In this document: positions 8,828 through 15,791 of the stretch, in pieces
Numbering within the stretch: the first letter of the stretch is position 1
How the letters are laid out: each line of letters opens with the position of its first letter
Origin: an uncultured Candidatus Saccharibacteria bacterium
GTDB taxonomy: Bacteria; Patescibacteriota; Dojkabacteria; SC72
DNA: 33,554 bases
Assembly: GCA_964408765.1 (NCBI GenBank)
Contig: CAYPAR010000001.1
Span: forward strand, 1 to 33,554
Direction of reading: 5' to 3'
Made by a program: the position numbers and the translations under genes
Notes under the pieces: generated by a model
Seen by the model: only the letters and a program-made list of their open reading frames with translations
Told to the model about the DNA's origin: nothing
Databases searched by the model: none

Positions 8828-11800
8828 TTACTTATCACACTGTCCGTTGTAGTTTCCACCTGGATTCCACCAAAGAGTTTTACAAGATGGATCTTTTGGA
8901 TTAAATTCACTTATTCTTACAAAATATCCATTTAATGGACTTATGGGATAATCTTGTCCATATGATTGTCCATTTATTAACTGATAACCTTGATACATAC
9001 CTCTTGATGTAGGCCACCATGTTACATTGTCTGATTTAAGACCTTCTATAGTATTAATACTTTCTATTAATGTTCTAGCTGTATATGCTGTACTATATCC
9101 ATGTATACCTACTAGGTTCCAACCACGAGAGAAGGCTACGGGAACTGATTTGTCCAATTTAAGCCCAGGAATGGAGATTGTAGTATCTTGTTCAGCTATT
9201 ACTACATAACCTCTCCCAAAAACCAGGTCAAAGACAGTACCTTTAGTTTCCTTTGTATTAAAATCATATGTTGTGCCACCACTCCATTTTCCAGCTTCAA
9301 AATATGATATTGCTGAAACTTTATTCTCTCCCATATTAACTAATTCTAAGAATTCAACAGAGTTTAATTTTGGTTCATTACCTCCCTTCGATGGCATAAA
9401 GCCAAAAGAGATGATATTAATACCACGTTTTAAAGAATACTTTGTTGTTATTGCTGTTTGAGAAGAAAATAGTACTACAGATTTTGGAAGTATCATATCT
9501 TCACTTTCTTTTGGATTATTAGGATCTTGTGGAGCTTGATAACCAGGGACTCCATCGTTATCTTTATAAAAGAAGTAAGATATATCATCCTCACCTATTA
9601 ATGATATTTTACGACCTCCAGCAATTGTAACTTCATACATACCCTCTCCTGGATAGTATAGTACTTGATTTGTTGTTTCCTCCTCTTGAGTATTGTCCTC
9701 TTCATAGGTACTATCATCTGCAAGAGATTTGAACAAAGCTTTATTGAAAACACTTGTTGAACTCTCACTGCTGGGGACCTCAATATTGTAATACTCCATT
9801 TCCTTCAGGAGAGATTCTTCAGCTAAGCATTTTTCCCAATCTTCTATGAATTCTGATGGACAATTGTCTAGACTATATTTATTTGTAGCATCATTATGAC
9901 AACAATACTTACCATTAACAGATGTTTTACCCTTTTTGATAGGAGTACTATTTTCACATACATCTCGGGGACTAGAAGTAGAGAGAGAAACTACAGGAGT
10001 TACCTCCTCATCCTTATCTCCTAAACAATACACTACTTTCAAAGACAAATTACACTTACTAGTAGAAGATGCTTCGCAACTTGTTGAGAAGTTGTATCCT
10101 GCAACAGGGGACGTCTCACTTGCATATGGACAACACTTTAAATTGTTAATATCTTTATGAGATAACTCTCCCGAGACTTCTACAGGAATAATATATTCTT
10201 TTTTAGGACAATTAAGGTAACCTGAGGATGTAGTTCCAACATCTCCTTCTTCATCATATACCCTATAATTTTGTACATACAATGGCAACTTTTCTAGAAA
10301 AGAAGAACAGTGCTTTTTAAATTCATTAGCAGTATCGCTACGCAAACAAACTATTTGATTCTCATTTTGGTTTTTCTTAGTTGAAACAGCTTCTTGGTAT
10401 TCCCCACATCTAGTATCATGATGATATGTATCGCGAAGAAAATTCTCACACTCGAAGGGAGAGGAGAATCGCATAGAACCTAAATATCTTTCAACTGCAC
10501 TCTTTGCCGCAGTACTAACAACAGAAGGAACCGTCTCACACTTTTTTCCAGGTGTAATATAATATTCCTTCGTACATCTATCATCCTCAGGAACACAATC
10601 ACAAAAATCAGAATAATATCCTTTACTCTTATCACACAGGGTCCCTTTTATTGTCTCTCTACTACAAATATTATTTTTCTTATGATAACAATAGACAGTA
10701 TCTTCAGAAGGACATGAAAGAACACCAATTCTACGAGTAGAAGATCCTGGTTCGTAGTATAAAAGCGTACTTTTACTTTCTTCATCGTTTTTACAACCGT
10801 TTTCAAAGTATTCTGCCTCTTTACTAAAAACACAAACTCTCTCTAATCGATTTCCTATAAACACGCTTATTACTTCAAATCCTTTTTGACATTCTTCACT
10901 CATTACCTCTATCTGTGAATTAGCAGCTGGAAGCTTGATATCTCTATACTCTTCACATTGTTCTTTAGTTAAGCATGTTAAGTGACCAGAAGTACAAACA
11001 CCAGATTGGTAATTTGGCAATTCTATACATTCTCTTTTATCTGTGTCATATGTAAATCTTTTCTTAGGAACCATAATCCATTGATCTCCGTCTGCCACTT
11101 TTTCTAAATCTCGATCTCCTGGGCGACTGTATACATTCATACACTCTGGAGGTCTACAATGTTGAACTTTTGGATCTGGTGAAGTATATCCACATACATA
11201 ACCAGTTCCACCTATTCTGTACCTCCAATGACATGTTGCATGTTCATCACACCCAGATGCTGCAAACGGTTCTTTCAATGTTGAAGGAATACATCCTGTA
11301 GTTGAGTTAGAGGTGTTGTTTGGTTGGGTATTTGTTGTTCCAGTATTTGTCGAGTTACCTGTTTGATTTTGACTATTACTATTAGTGTTTGCTGATTTTC
11401 CAACATTTCTTCCTAGAGATTTATTATTGGATTGTTTTGAAGCAGCATTAGTTTTACTAGTTAATTTACTATGTAACCATGACAGAGCTGTATTCTCATC
11501 TGCATCTTCCTCTACCTCCCAATCTTCCTCTCTATTACCCAGTAAAGATAAGGGGAATATATCCTCTTTATACACTAGACTCCTATCAATATTTAATGGT
11601 ATTGCATTATCAACTTGCGGAATAAATTCCAGAGTCAAGCCCTCAATAGATACTGGTTGATTTTGGGCATCCCGTATATTTGCCAAATCTATAGACCACC
11701 CTCCATCGGAGTTGCTTACAGAAGAAAGTAAAGGATAATTATCTACATTTACATCAAAAGATCGTAAGAAAATTATAGAGTCAAAATTCTCTTTCTTTGC

Positions 11801-12445
11801 CATCATTCCAAATTTATCAATATACATATTGTAAGATGTTCCGTATGCAGGGTTAGGTGCTTCCACTTTGGTAATCACTGGCAATGTCTTAGATTTAAAT
11901 TCTGATATAGCTGGCATCTCCCTTTCTGCAAATGTTCCCCCATAACTCTTCCCATAACTAACAACCCCATCACCTACTCTAAAGAAATACTCCTTCTCTG
12001 CATCTAAGTTCTGTACTGTAATATGATGGGTATAGTACTTACCATACTTCCATACCTTAACATCATTACAATTAAAACCACTAGCATCTACTGTAAAATT
12101 AGCATCCTTAGTCTTAACTGCCTTCTTATTAAACTTACTAACACACTCACTCATAGCATCAGAACTATCCCTATCATCTACTGCCTTCTTCTTACCTATC
12201 CATGCTAAAGGTCCAGGAAGAAATGTATCTTTCTCTCCATAGTAAACAATACCAGTCATAGGAGTATCTGTTATCCAAGATACAGTAAATGCACTATCTG
12301 TTACATTAGTAACTCTCACCTTATACGGCTTATACCTAACCCCCATATATACTACATACCCAATATATCCTAAGAGAAATAATCCTGTTAGTAGAAGAAC
12401 TATTTTAGATATAGTTCTTAAGACCTTTACCTGTTGTAAATTCAT
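8828..12445 (-). CDS. Giant exported surface protein: TM/signal anchor, FN3-like module, N/S/T/Q low-complexity linker, Cys-rich core of about 490 aa (36 Cys), acidic linker, and a beta-rich C-terminal domain
   Basis: 1205-aa ORF with an ATG start. The TM helix is at aa 14-34. The FN3-like module is VRVTNVTDSAFTVSWITDTPMTGIVYYGE...YYTHHITVQNLDAEKEYFFRV. The linker at aa 331-384 (nt 11294-11455) reads KTNAASKQSNNKSLGRNVGKSANTNSNSQNQTGNSTNTGTTNTQPNNTSNSTTG. The Cys-rich core is aa 385-873 (nt 9827-11293). Isolated Cys pairs occur at 101/126 and 1188/1203, giving 40 Cys in total by hand count. Confidence 0.9.
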   Translation of the reverse strand: MNLQQVKVLRTISKIVLLLTGLFLLGYIGYVVYMGVRYKPYKVRVTNVTDSAFTVSWITDTPMTGIVYYGEKDTFLPGPLAWIGKKKAVDDRDSSDAMSECVSKFNKKAVKTKDANFTVDASGFNCNDVKVWKYGKYYTHHITVQNLDAEKEYFFRVGDGVVSYGKSYGGTFAEREMPAISEFKSKTLPVITKVEAPNPAYGTSYNMYIDKFGMMAKKENFDSIIFLRSFDVNVDNYPLLSSVSNSDGGWSIDLANIRDAQNQPVSIEGLTLEFIPQVDNAIPLNIDRSLVYKEDIFPLSLLGNREEDWEVEEDADENTALSWLHSKLTSKTNAASKQSNNKSLGRNVGKSANTNSNSQNQTGNSTNTGTTNTQPNNTSNSTTGCIPSTLKEPFAASGCDEHATCHWRYRIGGTGYVCGYTSPDPKVQHCRPPECMNVYSRPGDRDLEKVADGDQWIMVPKKRFTYDTDKRECIELPNYQSGVCTSGHLTCLTKEQCEEYRDIKLPAANSQIEVMSEECQKGFEVISVFIGNRLERVCVFSKEAEYFENGCKNDEESKSTLLYYEPGSSTRRIGVLSCPSEDTVYCYHKKNNICSRETIKGTLCDKSKGYYSDFCDCVPEDDRCTKEYYITPGKKCETVPSVVSTAAKSAVERYLGSMRFSSPFECENFLRDTYHHDTRCGEYQEAVSTKKNQNENQIVCLRSDTANEFKKHCSSFLEKLPLYVQNYRVYDEEGDVGTTSSGYLNCPKKEYIIPVEVSGELSHKDINNLKCCPYASETSPVAGYNFSTSCEASSTSKCNLSLKVVYCLGDKDEEVTPVVSLSTSSPRDVCENSTPIKKGKTSVNGKYCCHNDATNKYSLDNCPSEFIEDWEKCLAEESLLKEMEYYNIEVPSSESSTSVFNKALFKSLADDSTYEEDNTQEEETTNQVLYYPGEGMYEVTIAGGRKISLIGEDDISYFFYKDNDGVPGYQAPQDPNNPKESEDMILPKSVVLFSSQTAITTKYSLKRGINIISFGFMPSKGGNEPKLNSVEFLELVNMGENKVSAISYFEAGKWSGGTTYDFNTKETKGTVFDLVFGRGYVVIAEQDTTISIPGLKLDKSVPVAFSRGWNLVGIHGYSTAYTARTLIESINTIEGLKSDNVTWWPTSRGMYQGYQLINGQSYGQDYPISPLNGYFVRISEFNPKDPSCKTLWWNPGGNYNGQCDK

Positions 12446-12550
12446 ATTAAAAAATATTAACTTTATATACTTATATCAAACAAAAATAACTGTAAGATGT
12501 CAAGTTAGTAAGAAAAAATTTTTCAATATTATTGTAATTTAAATACAAAG

Positions 12551-12572
12551 ATGTTAAACTTATGTTTAACAT
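12551..12572. promoter_or_regulatory. Perfect 9-bp inverted repeat with a 4-nt spacer (ATGTTAAAC-TTAT-GTTTAACAT) in the divergent intergenic region; candidate operator or hairpin
   Basis: Read directly: 12551-12559 is atgttaaac, 12560-12563 is ttat, and 12564-12572 is gtttaacat. It lies between the divergently oriented surface operon (start 12445) and the toxin-antitoxin pair (start 12761). It overlaps the ATG of the small ORF at 12562. Confidence 0.25.
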
Positions 12573-12723
12573 GAGAAAGAGAAATACAAGAAAAAAAGAC
12601 AGAGAGATCTTACAAGGCATAATCGGTATTCTCAAAGTTAAAAACAAAGACAATTTTGACTACAAGAAAGAATACAGAAAACTATTAGAGAAAAAGTATG
12701 GTGAAAAACAAAGTTATAAATAG
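12562..12723 (+). CDS. Possible small ORF (53 aa) carrying a solo copy of the antitoxin C-terminal motif; could be a functional mini-antitoxin or a gene remnant
   Basis: Not in the ORF track because it is under 60 aa. Hand translation gives MFNMRKRNTRKKDREILQGIIGILKVKNKDNFDYKKEYRKLLEKKYGEKQSYK*, with a TAG stop at 12721-12723. The segment DNFDYKKEYRKLLEKKY matches the C-terminus of the next gene (DDFDVDKEYRRLLEQKY) at 12 of 17 positions. Confidence 0.3.
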   Translation: MFNMRKRNTRKKDREILQGIIGILKVKNKDNFDYKKEYRKLLEKKYGEKQSYK

Positions 12724-12760
12724 TAAGAATTTTGTAAAAACTATATGAAATAATTTAAGT

Positions 12761-13222
12761 ATGAAGATAAATATGAAAAACAAAGAATATACAAAAATTA
12801 ATCTAAGAGATTTTCGACATAATTTAACACAGTTAAAGGATTCATTGGTGAGAATATATGAGAAAGGTATTCCCATTGGCTACTACATCCCAGAACAATA
12901 TGAGGTCAAGATAGAGAGCAAACAAGAAATTAGAAGAGAACAGATGAGAAAAGCCTTGCAACTCCCTCTAGGGCATCTTGCCACACAGAAACACAAGAAC
13001 ATTGATGCAAATGAAGAATTTAAGAAAATTATGATTGAGAAATATAAGAAAAGGAATAAGAGGTTGTCAGGAAAAAGACATCGTTCTAACCAGAAAAAAG
13101 AACAGAATGTTAAGGAGTGGGAAGAAATGCTCTCTATGCCAATTGAGAAATCTAAACTACCTGATGATTTTGATGTGGACAAAGAATACAGAAGATTACT
13201 TGAGCAAAAGTATAGAAAATGA
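12761..13222 (+). CDS. Type II antitoxin: Phd/YefM-like N-terminus plus a basic region and two copies of a D-x-D-x-x-KE[YF][RK][RK][LI][LM]xExKY motif
   Basis: 153-aa ORF. The N-terminus KINLRDFRHNLTQLKDSLVRIYEKGIPIGYYIPEQYE fits the Phd/YefM pattern. The stop overlaps the PIN gene start (ATGA at 13219-13222). The true start could be M1 (12761) or M5 (12773). Confidence 0.7.
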   Translation: MKINMKNKEYTKINLRDFRHNLTQLKDSLVRIYEKGIPIGYYIPEQYEVKIESKQEIRREQMRKALQLPLGHLATQKHKNIDANEEFKKIMIEKYKKRNKRLSGKRHRSNQKKEQNVKEWEEMLSMPIEKSKLPDDFDVDKEYRRLLEQKYRK

Positions 13223-13632
13223 AAAAGATATTCTTAGACACAAACATATTAGCGGATTTAGTAGGAGAAAGGACACAATATGATAGTGGTATAGAACAGT
13301 TAATTGATGCTGAGTACTTTCCAATTATTTGTATATCAGCTTTAAGTGTTCCAGTTATACTATATGTTTTCAAGATAAAGATGGATTCTGAAGAATTTTT
13401 AAGATTCTCAGAAATTATATCTACAATGGATATACTACCGCTAACAAGTAAAATTATTATAGATGCCACAAAACATATATCACCTGATTACGAGGATTCA
13501 TTGCAATATCTAACAGCCATAGAAAACAATTGTGATTACATCCTAACAAGAGACAAAAAAGATTTTGAAAAGATAAAGAAGGTAATACCTTCTAAGATTA
13601 AAATAGTAACAAACATATCCCAAATCAAGTAA
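13219..13632 (+). CDS. vapC: PIN-domain ribonuclease toxin (VapC family)
   Basis: 137 aa. It has the IFLDTNIL N-terminal acidic motif, DYEDSLQYLTA, and ILTRDKKDF, which together form the classical PIN acidic set. It has a 4-nt overlap with the upstream antitoxin gene. Confidence 0.85.
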   Translation: MKKIFLDTNILADLVGERTQYDSGIEQLIDAEYFPIICISALSVPVILYVFKIKMDSEEFLRFSEIISTMDILPLTSKIIIDATKHISPDYEDSLQYLTAIENNCDYILTRDKKDFEKIKKVIPSKIKIVTNISQIK

Positions 13633-13651
13633 TAGTAAGGTATAATTAAAT

Positions 13652-14389
13652 ATGCAAAAATACTTTGTAAAACATAAACTCTCTGTTGAAGATATTACCT
13701 ATCTTTCCGATTCAGACAGCAGAAATATCATAGAACAAGGGAAGTTGAAAATAGAAGAGTATATTGAAATAGAGACATATGAGAGAAGATTCCTCGCTCA
13801 GATATCTGATATCCTACCTGCCTCTGTTGAAGTACAAATTATTGAGGATTTAGGTGAAAGAGAATCTGAACATATCCCTGATATTACAATTATTCAATCA
13901 CTAAGTAATGATACAAAGTTTAACTATTTCATTGAAAAGAGTGTAGAGATTGGTATTGAGAAGATAATACCTGTTGAATCTAAGTACTCTCTAAAAAAGA
14001 AGAACAAAGCGATTAAGGATACTGGATATTGGAACAAGCTAGTTAGAGATGCAACTGAGCAATCTAGAAATATATTTCCAACCATAATTGAAAGACCTTT
14101 GTATATTAAAGAACTAGTTAATTACAACTTTCCAAATGATTCTGTAAAAATTTGTCTAGCTACAGAGGTTCATGATGCTAAATATTTACAAGATGTTTTA
14201 AGAAATATTAATAGTAAAAAACCCGTCATAGTTGCAATTGGTCCAGAGAAAGGATGGGATATTTCAGATTTAGAAATTTTCAAAGAATTAGATTTTGAAT
14301 TTATAAAGCTAAAAGGAAATATACTACGAACAGAGACAACTGGATTAGTAATTGGTAGTATTATTAAATATCTTAAAGGAGAGGTATAG
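13652..14389 (+). CDS. rsmE: 16S rRNA (uracil1498-N3)-methyltransferase RsmE
   Basis: 245 aa. By eye it aligns to E. coli RsmE blocks: KFNYFIEKSVEIGIEKIIPVES, WNKLVRDATEQSRNIFPTI, VAIGPEKGW..DLE and NILRTETTGL. Confidence 0.85.
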   Translation: MQKYFVKHKLSVEDITYLSDSDSRNIIEQGKLKIEEYIEIETYERRFLAQISDILPASVEVQIIEDLGERESEHIPDITIIQSLSNDTKFNYFIEKSVEIGIEKIIPVESKYSLKKKNKAIKDTGYWNKLVRDATEQSRNIFPTIIERPLYIKELVNYNFPNDSVKICLATEVHDAKYLQDVLRNINSKKPVIVAIGPEKGWDISDLEIFKELDFEFIKLKGNILRTETTGLVIGSIIKYLKGEV

Positions 14390-14391
14390 CT

Positions 14392-15423
14392 ATGAAAAAG
14401 AAAAAACGATCTAGTTACAAAAAGAGAAGAGAAGCTTTTACAAACAGACCTGTTAAGGATAGGTTCTACACAAAGGATGATATCTTTATCTCAAGAATGG
14501 CGAGTATATTGATGGTACCTAAAGGTAGAATACCTTGGATATTCTCTCAAAGACCTATTACAACAATCAGATTGAATTCTTTAATGGCTGATGTTGAAGA
14601 AACAAAGAAGGAGCTATTGAAAAAAGGATACGAACTTGAGGAGATTCCTTGGTCAAAGGATACATATTTTGTAATGAATAAGGATAAGGCAGAGGTTTCT
14701 CAAACAGAATTGTATGATGATGGTAAATATTACATTCAGAATCTTTCTAGTATTTTAGCTACATTGATACTAGACCCAAAGAAAAATGAAAAGATTTTAG
14801 ATATGTGTGCTGCCCCTGGTAGTAAGACTACACATATTGCAGATATAGTCAGTAACAATGCAGATATCATTGCAAATGATATTGATATGAACAGGATATC
14901 AGACCTTCAAAGTGTAGTAGATCAATTCGGAGCTAAAGCAAAGGTTACACTTAGTGATGGAAAAGAATTTGGACAGAAATATCCTGTATATTTTGACAAA
15001 GTTCTTTTAGACGCTCCATGTAGTGGTGAGGGTTTGATATATTTCAAAGGTCCTAAGCCATTGAGATTTTGGAGTATGGATAAGGTAAAGAGGAGTGTGT
15101 TTGTTCAGAAGGAGTTAATTGTTTCTGCATTTAAGACATTAAAGCATGGTAGCTATATGGTTTACTCTACTTGTACATTGGAACCGGAAGAGAATGAGGG
15201 TGTACTTACTCATCTTCTGAAAACATTTCCTAATGCAAAGGTGGAGAAGATTGAACTTAGAGATGAGATTGTTAAATCAATGCCAGAGTTAGAAGAGTAT
15301 ATTAAACCTGGTATTAGAAAATGGAGTGGTAATGTTTATGACAACCAAGTAAAGAATGCTATTAGAATTATTCCTAACAAGATGATGATGGGTTTCTTTA
15401 TTGCAAAAATATCTAAGGAGTAA
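14392..15423 (+). CDS. rRNA (cytosine-C5)-methyltransferase, NOL1/NOP2/Sun (RsmB/RsmF) family, without the NusB-like N-domain
   Basis: 343 aa. The SAM-binding motif is ILDMCAAPGSKTTHIA. The catalytic motifs are LLDAPCSGEG and MVYSTCTLEPEENE. AAGGAGAGG, a Shine-Dalgarno-like sequence, lies about 8 nt upstream of the ATG. Only 2 nt separate it from rsmE. Confidence 0.85.
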   Translation: MKKKKRSSYKKRREAFTNRPVKDRFYTKDDIFISRMASILMVPKGRIPWIFSQRPITTIRLNSLMADVEETKKELLKKGYELEEIPWSKDTYFVMNKDKAEVSQTELYDDGKYYIQNLSSILATLILDPKKNEKILDMCAAPGSKTTHIADIVSNNADIIANDIDMNRISDLQSVVDQFGAKAKVTLSDGKEFGQKYPVYFDKVLLDAPCSGEGLIYFKGPKPLRFWSMDKVKRSVFVQKELIVSAFKTLKHGSYMVYSTCTLEPEENEGVLTHLLKTFPNAKVEKIELRDEIVKSMPELEEYIKPGIRKWSGNVYDNQVKNAIRIIPNKMMMGFFIAKISKE

Positions 15424-15753
15424 CTATTCCTTTTTTGTTTTCTTAGATTTAGATTTTGGTTTAATAGGTTTCTTAGCTTCTTTTTTCTGTTTAAGAGATT
15501 TAACTATAAAGAATATAACCATAATTACAGCAATTGGTAAAACAACAAGAGAGAGAAATGCTCTTAGTATATTCGATAATATTTCTCCTGGAGTAGGAGT
15601 TGCAACCCCACCAAGAGGCATATCCTGTAAGGAATCACTCGACAATCCTCCTTCTGCCCTAACAGGTAAAACATTTAACAAGAATGAAACGAGGGATATT
15701 AAGGTGGTAACAAATAGATTTTTAATATTTCGAGTTTTCATACCCTCTATCAT
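15424..15753 (-). CDS. Small exported membrane protein with a Lys-rich tail; resembles CPR-type T4SS pilin-like proteins (unverified)
   Basis: 109 aa. The signal peptide is LFVTTLISLVSFLLNVLPVRA|EGG. The mature part, PLGGVATPTPGEILSNILRAFLSLVVLPIAVIMVIFFIV, is followed by KSLKQKKEAKKPIKPKSKSKKTKKE. I prefer it over the antisense ORF 15401..15775, which looks non-protein-like. The start may be M1 (15753) or M5 (15741). Confidence 0.6.
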   Translation of the reverse strand: MIEGMKTRNIKNLFVTTLISLVSFLLNVLPVRAEGGLSSDSLQDMPLGGVATPTPGEILSNILRAFLSLVVLPIAVIMVIFFIVKSLKQKKEAKKPIKPKSKSKKTKKE

Positions 15754-15791
15754 TAATTTAATATATTTAAGATAGTATATAATCTATACAT

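Noticed and set aside
8828-9300. Diversity-generating retroelement target (variable region) at the C-terminus of the giant protein
   Set aside because: There is no reverse transcriptase gene in the window. I could find no template-repeat copy of the 3' region, and the C-terminus does not look like a CLec/FGE-type VR scaffold.
12446-12503. Sigma-70-type promoter call for the surface operon (TTGACA at 12503..12498, TGATATAAG extended -10)
   Set aside because: The -35/-10 spacing is 22 nt and the region is extremely AT-rich. The match is therefore not distinguishable from chance. I mention it in a finding but do not annotate it as a feature.
12471-12876. Two minus-strand ORFs (12471..12653, 60 aa; 12685..12876, 63 aa) in the divergent intergenic region and the antitoxin 5' end
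   Set aside because: Both are Leu/Phe/Ile-rich low-complexity translations, typical of the antisense strand of A-rich DNA. One overlaps the antitoxin gene, and neither shows any motif.
12883-13469. Antisense or alternative-frame ORFs across the TA locus (12883..13182 -, 13035..13283 +, 13152..13469 -)
   Set aside because: They overlap the well-supported antitoxin/PIN pair, which has an ATGA-coupled start/stop. They carry no recognisable features.
15401-15775. 124-aa plus-strand ORF overlapping the end of the rsmB-type gene and antisense to the 109-aa gene
   Set aside because: Its sequence is not protein-like (FVFLDLDFGLIGFLASFFCL...) and it would overlap the methyltransferase. The minus-strand reading gives a coherent signal peptide, TM helix and Lys-rich tail.
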